A stretch of DNA of 64,000 bases, taken from positions 1-64,000 of IMG/VR virus record IMGVR_UViG_3300025645_000048; one strand, 5' to 3'. Position numbers and translations under genes: made by a program. Shown here one piece after another: positions 38,453 to 47,423 of the stretch (the first letter of the stretch is position 1; every line of letters begins with the position of its first letter). The notes beneath the pieces are model-generated. The model did not search any database. It saw only the letters and a program-made list of their open reading frames with translations, and was not told the DNA's origin. Source of the DNA: a virus.

Positions 38453-40864
38453 CTAAAAATCTATTTTTCCATTTTCTTCTATTTTCTGTGCATTTCTGAA
38501 TACTATCCATCTACCTCCTGCTTCTCTTCCTTCTTCAGGATCGCACTTGTGCTTGTACTGGTTGTAAGCAGTTAACCATTTATAGAACCTAGTCCTTGAC
38601 ACTGTCATTTTAGACTTAGGTGCAAAGTCTGGATTGTCTTCAATAAAATCAAAGTACAAGTCTTGTTTAAATATTTTTGTATTGGTTGCTAACATTTTGT
38701 TCAAAGGCATTCCATCCAGTATACCACACCATTCTATAAACTCATGACATGTTTCGGCAGATAGCCTTCTAATCTTCAAGTTAACAAATTCACTCTTAAC
38801 TAAACCATCTCTTAGGTAAAGCTGAAGACACTCAATCATAAAATTATCAAAAGCACACCACTCATCATCATTCCATTCTCCGAACATAAGTTTACCAAAC
38901 TCTTTTACTGGAGTATGCTCTCTAGTATAATGTTGTGCTAATTCTAACTCCCACTTTCTTCGTTCAAATGATGAGCCTTTACCTCTAATTGCATAGTTTG
39001 TAGTTATTGCAACCTTTGGAGATTTAGAAAAAGGAATCTTTATAGCATCTTTGTTTTTCTTTTCCAGTGTTAATCCCTCAGTAACAACTGAGAATAATCG
39101 TTCAAAGTTAAAATGCTTACTTACATCATCAAAACATAATATTTGTGTGTCTGCACTTACTAATTGATAGGCGAATGATTTCTCAAAATTAAAAGACTTA
39201 CCATCTATTACAACAACCTTCTTCATGTGTGACAAAGCATTTATAAATAAACCCTTACCAGTACCACCTTCAGGAGAATCAGATATTTGTTCATCATTAA
39301 GTATTGTAGCTGGGCTATACGATAAATTTTTCCATGCATGTAGCAAATATCCTATTGTAGACCTCATTGAATTGACTCTACTCTCATCCTTACCACATAT
39401 ATTAGTAATAAAACTTTTATAGTCACACTCATTAGACTCACATGAAACATAAGTTCTGTCTATTACATGGTCCTTCCAAACATATCCACCTAAATCTAGG
39501 TAGTCTATTGGTGTAACACTATTGTGTGTAACCTTTACTGCACCAGATTTATAATATAAGTATGCAGTATTCTTATTGTCTTCTATAAAATACACATCAA
39601 TAGAAGATAATAAAGTTAAAAACTCTTCTCTAAAATATCTTGTATGCTCTGCAAAGTAATTATAAACTGTCAAATCATCTATTTCTAACAAGTAGTTAAG
39701 AATAAAATCTTTAATCTCTTTTTCTGATGTGTGGTCTATAAGGTTGTTTGTAACCCTTACAAATACATAACTTCTACTGCCTTCAGGATTAAATTTATAA
39801 AAACCATTCTCTTCTAAGAAACTTTTAAAAGATATGTGTACAATTTTTATAACTCCTTTATCATTCTTTGTCCAGAACTTACTATTAGATTGCTCATCCT
39901 CGAGTCTGACTAAAACATTCTCTATTGTGCCGACCTCAACATCAGACTCTTCAAGCTGGGATCGGATTTCTTTTTTTGATACACCTCTTTTTAACTTCTC
40001 TCTAACTAAGTTAACCTTGTCTTCATCCTCATAATACTTTGTACCAAAGTTTTGTTTTTGTGCATATGCAGAAGATATAGTCCTCTTAATTTCTGTAGCA
40101 CTAAAATTTTGACTAGAAAAACTATTCATGACATACTCTGCTAGAGTCTGGTTAACACCAAAATCATTAAATGCTGCGGCCAATATATAGATGTTTTGAT
40201 TTCTCTGACCTTCTATCATTGGGTACTTCTTTTGCCACCACTTAGTTAAAATGTCAACTATTTTATTCTCATCTGTTACTGGTATGGTAGGGATATCTAC
40301 ATGTTTTATAACCTCTGTATACTCTTGCTCTACAATTTTATCCCATGTACTTGAATTAGCATTAACATAAAGTAATGGATCATAAGACTCATAACAAACT
40401 CTAGATATGTTTTTACAAGTTTTATCGAAATACTCTGAGTTTACATGATGTTGCAGACTTAAGAAATAATTTTTATGATTTTCTGGCTCTTTAGGAATTT
40501 TAACAACTGCCTTTAATCCTTTGCCACTAGGTGAAATAAACAAAGCAAATATATATTTGTTTTTACTTAGCCTTTCTTTTTCCTGAAGCATGTCTTTGTT
40601 AGTCTTATAACCATCAAAGTCTAAACATATTAAGCCACTGTGACTCTGTAGTGAGGAATCATTTCTTTTTGTGAATGTCCCACTGAAACAAATGGCCGGG
40701 AGTTGTTGTTTTAATAAGTTTCTTTTTTCTTTGTCTTTCTCAGCTCGGATTCTTTTAACTAAATCTTTTGATGAGCCTTCTTGTATTCTTTTTAAGATAA
40801 CATCGACCTTTCTATAGAATGGTTGTGCTGTTTCTTTAATATCTTTAAAGATGGTGATGTCCAT
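38453..40864 (-). CDS. Primase-helicase (VirE N-terminal/BT4734-like + PriCT + P-loop helicase)
   Basis: KQQLPAICFSGTF, GLICLDFD, FISPSGKGLK, GQRNQ, Walker A GGTGKG, Walker B ILCFDD. Confidence 0.88.
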   Translation of the reverse strand: MDITIFKDIKETAQPFYRKVDVILKRIQEGSSKDLVKRIRAEKDKEKRNLLKQQLPAICFSGTFTKRNDSSLQSHSGLICLDFDGYKTNKDMLQEKERLSKNKYIFALFISPSGKGLKAVVKIPKEPENHKNYFLSLQHHVNSEYFDKTCKNISRVCYESYDPLLYVNANSSTWDKIVEQEYTEVIKHVDIPTIPVTDENKIVDILTKWWQKKYPMIEGQRNQNIYILAAAFNDFGVNQTLAEYVMNSFSSQNFSATEIKRTISSAYAQKQNFGTKYYEDEDKVNLVREKLKRGVSKKEIRSQLEESDVEVGTIENVLVRLEDEQSNSKFWTKNDKGVIKIVHISFKSFLEENGFYKFNPEGSRSYVFVRVTNNLIDHTSEKEIKDFILNYLLEIDDLTVYNYFAEHTRYFREEFLTLLSSIDVYFIEDNKNTAYLYYKSGAVKVTHNSVTPIDYLDLGGYVWKDHVIDRTYVSCESNECDYKSFITNICGKDESRVNSMRSTIGYLLHAWKNLSYSPATILNDEQISDSPEGGTGKGLFINALSHMKKVVVIDGKSFNFEKSFAYQLVSADTQILCFDDVSKHFNFERLFSVVTEGLTLEKKNKDAIKIPFSKSPKVAITTNYAIRGKGSSFERRKWELELAQHYTREHTPVKEFGKLMFGEWNDDEWCAFDNFMIECLQLYLRDGLVKSEFVNLKIRRLSAETCHEFIEWCGILDGMPLNKMLATNTKIFKQDLYFDFIEDNPDFAPKSKMTVSRTRFYKWLTAYNQYKHKCDPEEGREAGGRWIVFRNAQKIEENGKIDF

Positions 40865-40908
40865 TTGATGTCGATTTAATTTAATTTAATTTTAACTTTT
40901 ACTCTGTT

Positions 40909-41017
40909 ATGTCAATTATGTCAATATTTAATAATATATAATAATATAAAAAAATATAATACTAATTGTTATTATAGTGGTCTATAGTAAATTTTTTTTG
41001 TCATTTGTCATTTGACA
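40909..41017. other. Putative replication-origin-like element, copy A
   Basis: ATGTCAATTATGTCAA, then an AT-rich spacer, then TGTCATTTGACA; same layout at 50041-50145; adjacent to the primase gene. Confidence 0.5.
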
Positions 41018-41056
41018 AAAGAGCAGAGAAGAGAAACCACACTCTTCTCATACCCT
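41017..41056 (-). terminator. Terminator-like hairpin after ssb
   Basis: GAGAAGAG/CTCTTCTC stem extended by AGGGTA/TGCTCT, followed by a T run on the - strand. Confidence 0.6.
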
Positions 41057-41067
41057 ATTGTCTTGAT

Positions 41068-41118
41068 TGTGAGTTAGTGTGGCTTTCGCCTCCTATTTCT
41101 CACACCCAAACACACTAA
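41068..41118 (-). ncRNA. Candidate pseudoknotted RNA element at the ssb stop codon
   Basis: TTAGTGT/ACACTAA stem crossed by TGTGAG/CTCACA, with an inner GGC-GAAA-GCC hairpin. Confidence 0.5.
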
Positions 41119-41411
41119 AATGGAAGATCAGGACTAACCTCTTCTTCTTTCTTTGCTACTGGTGGAGCTGGCTTTTGTTCTTTAGCCTCTGGCTTCCACT
41201 CATTAATAGTCACATAGTGAGACTTACCATAATCATCTACACCATCTCTGTTTCTATTAACTTTTAGTTTAGTATACCATTTTCCTTCATACTGGAAACG
41301 GTGTTCTTGTGGTATTTCAGAAAGACAGACTGATATTTCTATCAAGCCACCATCAAACTTTTCAACACCTTTACCTACTTTAATGTAGTTCTTTTTAGTT
41401 GCTTCACTCAT
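41115..41411 (-). CDS. Single-stranded DNA-binding protein-like
   Basis: Short OB-like body with acidic C-terminal tail ending DLPF; in the recombination cluster. Confidence 0.7.
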   Translation of the reverse strand: MSEATKKNYIKVGKGVEKFDGGLIEISVCLSEIPQEHRFQYEGKWYTKLKVNRNRDGVDDYGKSHYVTINEWKPEAKEQKPAPPVAKKEEEVSPDLPF

Positions 41412-41613
41412 TTTTTACAATTTTAATGTTTTGTTCCAAAAATTTTCTTGTTACAGAAAGAATTTGTCTTCTTTCCTTCCAACTACTACAAGTGTTTGGA
41501 ACATCCACTTGTAAGTGAGTTGGTCTTGTTTTCTTTTTATATAGGTTATATAATTTGCTTATCAATAAATGTGTTAACATCATGAGTTGCCTTATCACCG
41601 AAAAATTTCTCAT
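41404..41613 (-). CDS. Hypothetical protein (start uncertain)
   Basis: Fills the gap between the exonuclease and ssb genes. Confidence 0.4.
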   Translation of the reverse strand: MRNFSVIRQLMMLTHLLISKLYNLYKKKTRPTHLQVDVPNTCSSWKERRQILSVTRKFLEQNIKIVKNE

Positions 41614-42355
41614 AAATTCTAGTTGCTTGTTCTACTTTTAACTTACCTCTTTCAATAGTGTCGGCAGAAACAGGTCTCATTGACAACCTCATTGTCTGCT
41701 TGTCAATTACAAGAAACAACATTGGTTTATTAAATAATCTTTGGTATATATAGCTTTGAGCATCATAATTATAAGTAAAAAATGAGTATCTAAACTTTGT
41801 CATATCTGATGTAGTCTTTAAATCAATGACTGCACCATCACTATAGTCTATAACTTGCTCATTACCATCTTGGTCCTCTGCTATAACTTGAAAAGCAGAG
41901 TCAGTTACAATATCAGCTTTGCCTTTCCACATATTATTCATTATAGATTCTGTGCCAGGAACTTCAAAATTGTTGTCTCTACTATATATAATAGAACTCA
42001 TTTCTAGACTATCCTTCATAGTAGCCACTAATTTGTCTAAATGCTCTTGCTCTTTTCTAAGCAAAAGTATTTCGCCTGGAGGACAAACTTCTTTGTATGC
42101 TTTAGTTGACCTAGATGCTACATCTACTATTTCATACTCTTTAATTCTATCTGGCTCAAGCATTGCAGTATGAAAGTAAGAACCTTCAATCAATGCTTTA
42201 GACTTTAAAGTGTCTTGCTTGAATAAATTAGGAGTAGTAAATAATACTCTGATGTCTGAGTATGATAAAAACTGCTTACCATAGTCACCATAATAATTGA
42301 TGTCATCTTGGAGTTTATCCAAGACTATTGCTTGTGGATCCATAGGGCTATACAT
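41546..42355 (-). CDS. PD-(D/E)xK exonuclease (RecE/exonuclease VIII-like)
   Basis: LSYSDI, GSYFHTAMLEP, KGKADI, IDLKTT, Y..Q..IY motifs. Confidence 0.85.
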   Translation of the reverse strand: MYSPMDPQAIVLDKLQDDINYYGDYGKQFLSYSDIRVLFTTPNLFKQDTLKSKALIEGSYFHTAMLEPDRIKEYEIVDVASRSTKAYKEVCPPGEILLLRKEQEHLDKLVATMKDSLEMSSIIYSRDNNFEVPGTESIMNNMWKGKADIVTDSAFQVIAEDQDGNEQVIDYSDGAVIDLKTTSDMTKFRYSFFTYNYDAQSYIYQRLFNKPMLFLVIDKQTMRLSMRPVSADTIERGKLKVEQATRIYEKFFGDKATHDVNTFIDKQII

Positions 42356-42890
42356 GTTTTTTAATTTCTACTTTTACATCATCACCTATTGTGTATCCAC
42401 CTTCTAAGACTTCTATTATTTTTGGCAGACCTAATTCTTTATTCTTAGCAATCCATCCTAGGACCACATCCCACTTTTCATCCTCAACTTTTAAAGTCCA
42501 TTTACCTTCTTTCTTGGTTTTTTTAATAACCTTAGTAGGTTTGTTTTGATTAGCTATAGCATTACCTACTTCATCTGCACTTGCTACAGATGTATCTAAT
42601 CCTATACCTAAATTACCTAATGCTCTTCCCCAAGCTGAAGTCTCTGCATTTTCTACATAACTTGTTTTATTTATAAATGTAGAATTTTTAGACTCTTCGG
42701 CTAAACCTGTAGCTAAGATTCTATCTTTATCATCTTTTATAATAGCCATGACTAGTATTGATGATTCTGTTTTCTCTATAACTTCTGTAGTTAGAGAATA
42801 CTTAGGATATGTGGCTCTGAAATACTTAAGTCTTTCATGAACTTCAACATAATCCTTACCTTTAATTTTAATTGATTTTAATTTATTCAT
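42348..42890 (-). CDS. Single-strand annealing protein (phage recombinase)
   Basis: KGKDYVEVHER...ENAETSAWGRAL; adjacent to exonuclease and SSB. Confidence 0.7.
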   Translation of the reverse strand: MNKLKSIKIKGKDYVEVHERLKYFRATYPKYSLTTEVIEKTESSILVMAIIKDDKDRILATGLAEESKNSTFINKTSYVENAETSAWGRALGNLGIGLDTSVASADEVGNAIANQNKPTKVIKKTKKEGKWTLKVEDEKWDVVLGWIAKNKELGLPKIIEVLEGGYTIGDDVKVEIKKHV

Positions 42891-43300
42891 AATTGTGATT
42901 TAGATTTAATTTGATTTAATTTTCTTTTATAATTAGTGAACTTAACCATGATAGCCTCTCTTCTGTTTTTTAAATTCTGAATGTGCTTATCGTTTTTTCT
43001 GGTGTTTACTTCCTTTTTAATTCTTTCTTTAATAATGTCTAGTTTATACTGACAATTACTTAATGCTAACAAGATTACTCCAACCTTCCACCCATGGATA
43101 TAAAAAAAGTCATACTCATCTTTAGTGCAGATTCTAAAATAGTCTCCACCCTTACCCATATTAAGTATCTCTATCCTATCAGTAAACTTTTGGATTTTAC
43201 AACCTTTGTTTATTATAGACTCTCTATTGCTAAATTCTGTAATGATAGCTCTAGGATCTTCTTTGGCTTCATTATATATCTCAATCAGAGTTCGCATCAT
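42887..43300 (-). CDS. Hypothetical protein
   Basis: 137-aa ORF in the operon. Confidence 0.65.
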   Translation of the reverse strand: MMRTLIEIYNEAKEDPRAIITEFSNRESIINKGCKIQKFTDRIEILNMGKGGDYFRICTKDEYDFFYIHGWKVGVILLALSNCQYKLDIIKERIKKEVNTRKNDKHIQNLKNRREAIMVKFTNYKRKLNQIKSKSQL

Positions 43301-43586
43301 TTGTGGCTTGGTCTATAAAATTTTTATAATCGGAATCTTGTTCAATCATTTTCTTGGCTTGATTGTAGCCATACATAATATTGGAATGAGTTATGTTGTA
43401 TCCATTTTCTTGTAAAAACCTTTGGATAAAACTAACTCTAATAGGTCTTTCTTTGCAGAGATAATATAATATCTGCCTTGCTTCGACAATGTCTTGTCTC
43501 TTTGTTTTGCTAAACATTTCATCTAATGTTAGATGGAATTGAGTGGCCACAGCTTGACTATACTTATCAAATATTTCTTTTTTCAT
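43281..43586 (-). CDS. DnaA C-terminal-like helix-turn-helix protein
   Basis: SKTKRQDIVEARQILYYLC...HSNIMYG resembles DnaA domain IV. Confidence 0.7.
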   Translation of the reverse strand: MKKEIFDKYSQAVATQFHLTLDEMFSKTKRQDIVEARQILYYLCKERPIRVSFIQRFLQENGYNITHSNIMYGYNQAKKMIEQDSDYKNFIDQATNDANSD

Positions 43587-43805
43587 GTAATTTTTTTAGT
43601 AAATTAAAACCCACCTCTTGTATAACCAACACAAAACAAAATCAAACCATTAACAGATGTTGTGAGGTGGGATTTAACCTAGAATTAACTATCTAACTAA
43701 CTTTTATATAAATAGAATCTCATCATTGTCATCTTCATCTTCTGGATCTGGAGTATAATACTTTATCATTTATTGTCTTATATTTCCTCAAAACTAGACT
43801 TTTAT

Positions 43806-44006
43806 TTATTCAATACCTAATTTTTTGTTCCTTTTATTTATTGCCTTGGTAACTACATCCATACCATGCTTAAACTTACCTTCATGATTTTTTTCTAACC
43901 ACTTAGTCAATGCAATCCATTTCACCTGGAGGACATTTAATTCTTCTTTTGTTTCTTCTAATTCCCACTTGCACTCGGCAAGTACATCTAAACTTGTTTT
44001 TCTCAT
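43806..44006 (-). CDS. Hypothetical protein
   Basis: ORF with AT-rich leader. Confidence 0.6.
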   Translation of the reverse strand: MRKTSLDVLAECKWELEETKEELNVLQVKWIALTKWLEKNHEGKFKHGMDVVTKAINKRNKKLGIE

Positions 44007-44029
44007 TTTTTTAATTTAAAGTTATATAA

Positions 44030-44194
44030 TTATTTAATTCCACCATTTTTTATTTGATTTATGATGTCATTTATTAACTGATGATTGACCGACCATTTGT
44101 TTGCTTCGGCTTCATCATAAGATTGTTCACACCTTGCCTTCATCATTTTAGACAAGATGTGTAACAACTCTACCATGATATCTTTAGGACTCAT
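44030..44194 (-). CDS. Small hypothetical protein (MSPKDIMVELL...), not in ORF track
   Basis: 54-aa ORF read by hand, filling the gap. Confidence 0.55.
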   Translation of the reverse strand: MSPKDIMVELLHILSKMMKARCEQSYDEAEANKWSVNHQLINDIINQIKNGGIK

Positions 44195-44480
44195 CCTCTT
44201 CTAGTTTTCCAATTGCACATACACAGATTGAATAAACATCATTATCTACTTCTAAATCTTCACACCAATCTTTCCAGACCTCATCATCGACATCTTCTCT
44301 ATGCAGTCTAAACATTTTAGCTTTCTTATAGAACTCTACACCTTTGGGATAATATTTCTTTTCTATCACAAGATAAGAGTTCTTAAAGTCTTCTAGTTTT
44401 TCTTCAGCTTGTTCTCTTGCTTCGGTTTCCTTAGCAAGTAGCCCTTGTACATGCTTAATAATTTCAAATTGATTATCCAT
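44184..44480 (-). CDS. Hypothetical protein
   Basis: Early-region ORF. Confidence 0.6.
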   Translation of the reverse strand: MDNQFEIIKHVQGLLAKETEAREQAEEKLEDFKNSYLVIEKKYYPKGVEFYKKAKMFRLHREDVDDEVWKDWCEDLEVDNDVYSICVCAIGKLEEDES

Positions 44481-44724
44481 AATTTCTTTTTAATTTTAAG
44501 TTAATATCTTTTTTTAAGTATTCATAGTCCATTAATTGTTCTAAAGTATAGTCATCAAGGTAAAAAACATCATATACTAATTCACCATATTTCATAACTA
44601 AGTCAACTAAGTTTCCTATTATGTCTTGAATATTATCACCAGATGGTGTGGTCCAAGTTTCTCCATTATCTATTAATTCAGAATACTCTTGAATTACTTG
44701 ATTATATATTTCTTCTCTATTCAT
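44473..44724 (-). CDS. Hypothetical acidic protein
   Basis: Early-region ORF. Confidence 0.6.
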   Translation of the reverse strand: MNREEIYNQVIQEYSELIDNGETWTTPSGDNIQDIIGNLVDLVMKYGELVYDVFYLDDYTLEQLMDYEYLKKDINLKLKRNYG

Positions 44725-44952
44725 AATTTATTTAATTTAAGTTAATATTTCTTTCTAATTTTGTTTTATACCATTCAACATGAACAATATCATTGTTAAA
44801 CATATTGTCTGTATCTAAATCTTCTTTAGGTACATCATAGTGATATATTCCATATAACAAACCATTGTTGTTATCTTTTTTATCGGTTCTTTGTTGTTCA
44901 TAATGAACTGCTAATTTTACTATCATAATTTATTTAATTTAAGTTAATATTT
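44721..44952. repeat. 30-bp exact direct repeat flanking ORF 44732..44926
   Basis: TCATAATTTATTTAATTTAAGTTAATATTT at 44721-44750 and 44923-44952. Confidence 0.9.
44732..44926 (-). CDS. Hypothetical protein (repeat-flanked cassette)
   Basis: 64-aa ORF between the 30-bp repeats. Confidence 0.6.
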   Translation of the reverse strand: MIVKLAVHYEQQRTDKKDNNNGLLYGIYHYDVPKEDLDTDNMFNNDIVHVEWYKTKLERNINLN

Positions 44953-45067
44953 TTTGTACATCATAACTTAGTGCCACTAGTTCTTGAGTATCTTTTATTG
45001 ATTCTAATTGATTTTTAGAATACTTATCAGTAAGATTTAGTATTCTGTTTATTGCTCTTTCTCTCAT
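44939..45067 (-). CDS. Small hypothetical protein (MRERAINRIL...), not in ORF track
   Basis: 42-aa ORF with the same leader motif as its neighbours. Confidence 0.5.
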   Translation of the reverse strand: MRERAINRILNLTDKYSKNQLESIKDTQELVALSYDVQKILT

Positions 45068-45082
45068 ATTATTTAATTTAAG

Positions 45083-45721
45083 TTATACATTATTTGTTGA
45101 TTCTACAATCTCTGCACAAAGTTCTGATGGAATCTTACTTCTATCAAAGTAGCTTCCTCGACCTTGAGTTCCACTTTGACTTCCTCTTGGTGCAGATACA
45201 TGACAAGGATCTCCATTGTTACACATAGGTTTAGGAGTCCAATAAGTATTGTTGGTCCATATGTCTGTTGGCTTCATCCTATCATCTCCATACTGACAAT
45301 AGGTTAAAGTGTGTCGGACATGGTCAACATCATTCCAATGAGGAGACTTTCTCATCTTGCCTCTTGGATTCTCTATGTACCAAATCATATTAGGATTTTT
45401 CTTAAGGAGTATATCTATAATCTTCATAGTTCTCATTAAGATGTTTATTCCTTTGACTGCATTATTTGTCTTTGGCATAAACTCATGTCCTTTCTCCCAA
45501 TGATGTCCAATAGATGCTACAGAAAATGACTCACATGGTGGTGATGCCCATAACATATCTACTCTGTCAAAATTGATTGAACTAACCTGAAAATCCATAA
45601 TATCACAAACATAATTTGTGTTTGGGAAATCCACACAATCAGAAGAGAAGACTTTGTGTCCTCTCTTCTCTGCCTCTTTTCCTATGCTTCGGCTTCCACT
45701 AAAAAGTTCTACCACATTCAT
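45083..45721 (-). CDS. Short DNA (cytosine-5)-methyltransferase-like protein
   Basis: VVELFSGS (I), WASPPCESFS (IV), IENP (VI); compact 212-aa phage type. Confidence 0.85.
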   Translation of the reverse strand: MNVVELFSGSRSIGKEAEKRGHKVFSSDCVDFPNTNYVCDIMDFQVSSINFDRVDMLWASPPCESFSVASIGHHWEKGHEFMPKTNNAVKGINILMRTMKIIDILLKKNPNMIWYIENPRGKMRKSPHWNDVDHVRHTLTYCQYGDDRMKPTDIWTNNTYWTPKPMCNNGDPCHVSAPRGSQSGTQGRGSYFDRSKIPSELCAEIVESTNNV

Positions 45722-46062
45722 TGTTGGTTTCTTTTATAGTGACAAAAGATTAACCACTCATCAAGTCTGTCCTCAATGTAGTGTTGTAAATCAAAACTTA
45801 AGTCAGTTAGATAGTCGGCATAGTACTTAGTGTGGTCCACTTTTTTAGAAAGTGTCTGCCAATCTTTTGGTAATCTACCATTAAAATCTCCAATGATTTC
45901 ATTTTTGATTCTCTCCACTACAATAAGAGTTTGTCTTCTTACTAGTGGCATACTAAGGTGGAGATAATGCTCTTCCATAGCTTGTAAGAAATCATCTTTG
46001 TCGATAAATTCTTTGTCATAAGCATCAAGATTAAACTTTAATGCTTTCATAAATTTGCTCAT
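45718..46062 (-). CDS. Hypothetical protein downstream of the ribozyme
   Basis: ATG at 46062 (MSKFMKALK) with A-rich leader; preferred to the TTG start in the ORF track. Confidence 0.65.
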   Translation of the reverse strand: MSKFMKALKFNLDAYDKEFIDKDDFLQAMEEHYLHLSMPLVRRQTLIVVERIKNEIIGDFNGRLPKDWQTLSKKVDHTKYYADYLTDLSFDLQHYIEDRLDEWLIFCHYKRNQQ

Positions 46063-46080
46063 AATTATTTGTATTAAGTT

Positions 46081-46145
46081 AAACAATGACTCCCAGATGT
46101 CTGGGAGTTTCGTAGGTGTTTAAACCTTTACTCTTCAGATTGTTC
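46081..46145 (-). ncRNA. Hammerhead ribozyme, type I
   Basis: GAACAAU-CUGAAGA-GUAAAGGU UUAAAC ACCUAC-GAAA-CUCCCAG ACAU CUGGGAG-UC-AUUGUUU; full catalytic core and three stems. Confidence 0.92.
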
Positions 46146-46637
46146 TTTCTCTACAAAGTCATACTTCTGTCTTAAGTCTCCCTCTGTACATTCTTTAGGG
46201 AATAACTCTTCCATAAGTGCTTTCTCACAACTATACATCCATTTTGTGCCCTCCTTTTTTATTTGTTCGGCTTTCCTACTGCCTACTGAGGTGTCCTTAA
46301 TTAGTGTTTTATAAGTCTCAACAGAAATGTCTTTCCATAACTTCTTTAATTCTCCTTCAGAATCACACATAGTATTCCAAATGTTATTACCTTCTTTGTC
46401 ATATGCAGAGTCACCTAAAATAGTTATTTTATCTCCTTGCCACCTACCGATAATGGTAGATGGTTGAGGAATTGAATCTTTGTACTCTATGTGTCCTTCT
46501 GCCAATAGTAAAGCAAGTCCTTGCAGAATCTCTCCTCTACTGCTTATAATCTCTCCTATTTTTAACCCACTACCGAAAGTATGAGGAGTAAGTAGTTCTT
46601 TTTTTGTTTTGTTTATTACTCTAAAATATTGTCCCAT
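46128..46637 (-). CDS. Phage early-region protein (MGQYF...)
   Basis: MGQYFRVINKTKKE...GLKIGE...GRWQGDKI..LGD pattern; stop codon lies inside the ribozyme. Confidence 0.7.
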   Translation of the reverse strand: MGQYFRVINKTKKELLTPHTFGSGLKIGEIISSRGEILQGLALLLAEGHIEYKDSIPQPSTIIGRWQGDKITILGDSAYDKEGNNIWNTMCDSEGELKKLWKDISVETYKTLIKDTSVGSRKAEQIKKEGTKWMYSCEKALMEELFPKECTEGDLRQKYDFVEKEQSEE

Positions 46638-46639
46638 AA

Positions 46640-46855
46640 TTATTGTTTTTGTTCTTTTATTAGTTTATTAATGTCTTGTACTATTTTGAATACATTGTCT
46701 CCAACATCTGCACCTTCAATAATCCATTCTATTTTTTCTATAAGTTCTTTTTTGTTCATAATTATTGCTTTTGATTTATTTTTAGATTTTTCTATTAATA
46801 TTAATAAGTCATCTTGTGAATTGTTCCAATCCCAATATTCTTTAGTATTTCTCAT
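46640..46855 (-). CDS. Hypothetical protein
   Basis: Bounded by identical CAAAAACAATAATTATG junctions. Confidence 0.6.
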   Translation of the reverse strand: MRNTKEYWDWNNSQDDLLILIEKSKNKSKAIIMNKKELIEKIEWIIEGADVGDNVFKIVQDINKLIKEQKQ

Positions 46856-46857
46856 AA

Positions 46858-47148
46858 TTATTGTTTTTGATTTAAGATGAATTCATTTAAATGTTCTTTG
46901 TTGCTTTGGTCAAGCATCATATAGAACTCATAGAAGATTATTGTTCCAGTCATATTTCTTACAAATGGATTAGAACATTCTTCTCTTGCCTTAGTTAAGT
47001 GTGTAACCAAAGTATCCCATTTATCTTGTAGGTGGTTTGCAAGTAATGGATTGTCTGTCCAGACTCTATCAATAAAGTCATAGTGAAAATTGTTAGCATA
47101 GTAAGTAAATGCTACAATTGGGTCTTGTTTTGTTTTAGTGTGTGCCAT
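46858..47148 (-). CDS. Hypothetical protein
   Basis: Early ORF with TAACTATG start context. Confidence 0.65.
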   Translation of the reverse strand: MAHTKTKQDPIVAFTYYANNFHYDFIDRVWTDNPLLANHLQDKWDTLVTHLTKAREECSNPFVRNMTGTIIFYEFYMMLDQSNKEHLNEFILNQKQ

Positions 47149-47154
47149 AGTTAT

Positions 47155-47421
47155 TTATTTAATTGTTTTTAAAATTTTAGCATCATGCCATATATGAATC
47201 ATTGAGCATATAACATCATCTGTATGCTCTCCTTTATAATAGAAATTATACCAAGTTGTAAACTCTTCATCTGCTTTACAATATTCTTTTTTGAAAATCT
47301 CATATTCTTCATCACTTGTTCCGAACATATAGTTCAATGCTACATAACCATTTTTGTTGGTTTCTTTATACACCCAAAAGTCATCTACAACAAGGTGTTC
47401 AATCTTTAAAGTATTTTCCAT
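47155..47421 (-). CDS. Hypothetical protein
   Basis: Early ORF with TAACTATG start context. Confidence 0.6.
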   Translation of the reverse strand: MENTLKIEHLVVDDFWVYKETNKNGYVALNYMFGTSDEEYEIFKKEYCKADEEFTTWYNFYYKGEHTDDVICSMIHIWHDAKILKTIK

Positions 47422-47423
47422 AG

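Noticed and set aside
41068-41118. HDV-like/theta ribozyme
   Set aside because: Stem order does not match the nested double pseudoknot; no P3/P1.1 or catalytic C junction identified.
44721-45085. CRISPR mini-array
   Set aside because: Only two exact AT-rich copies, 202 bp apart, with an ORF between them; no cas genes.
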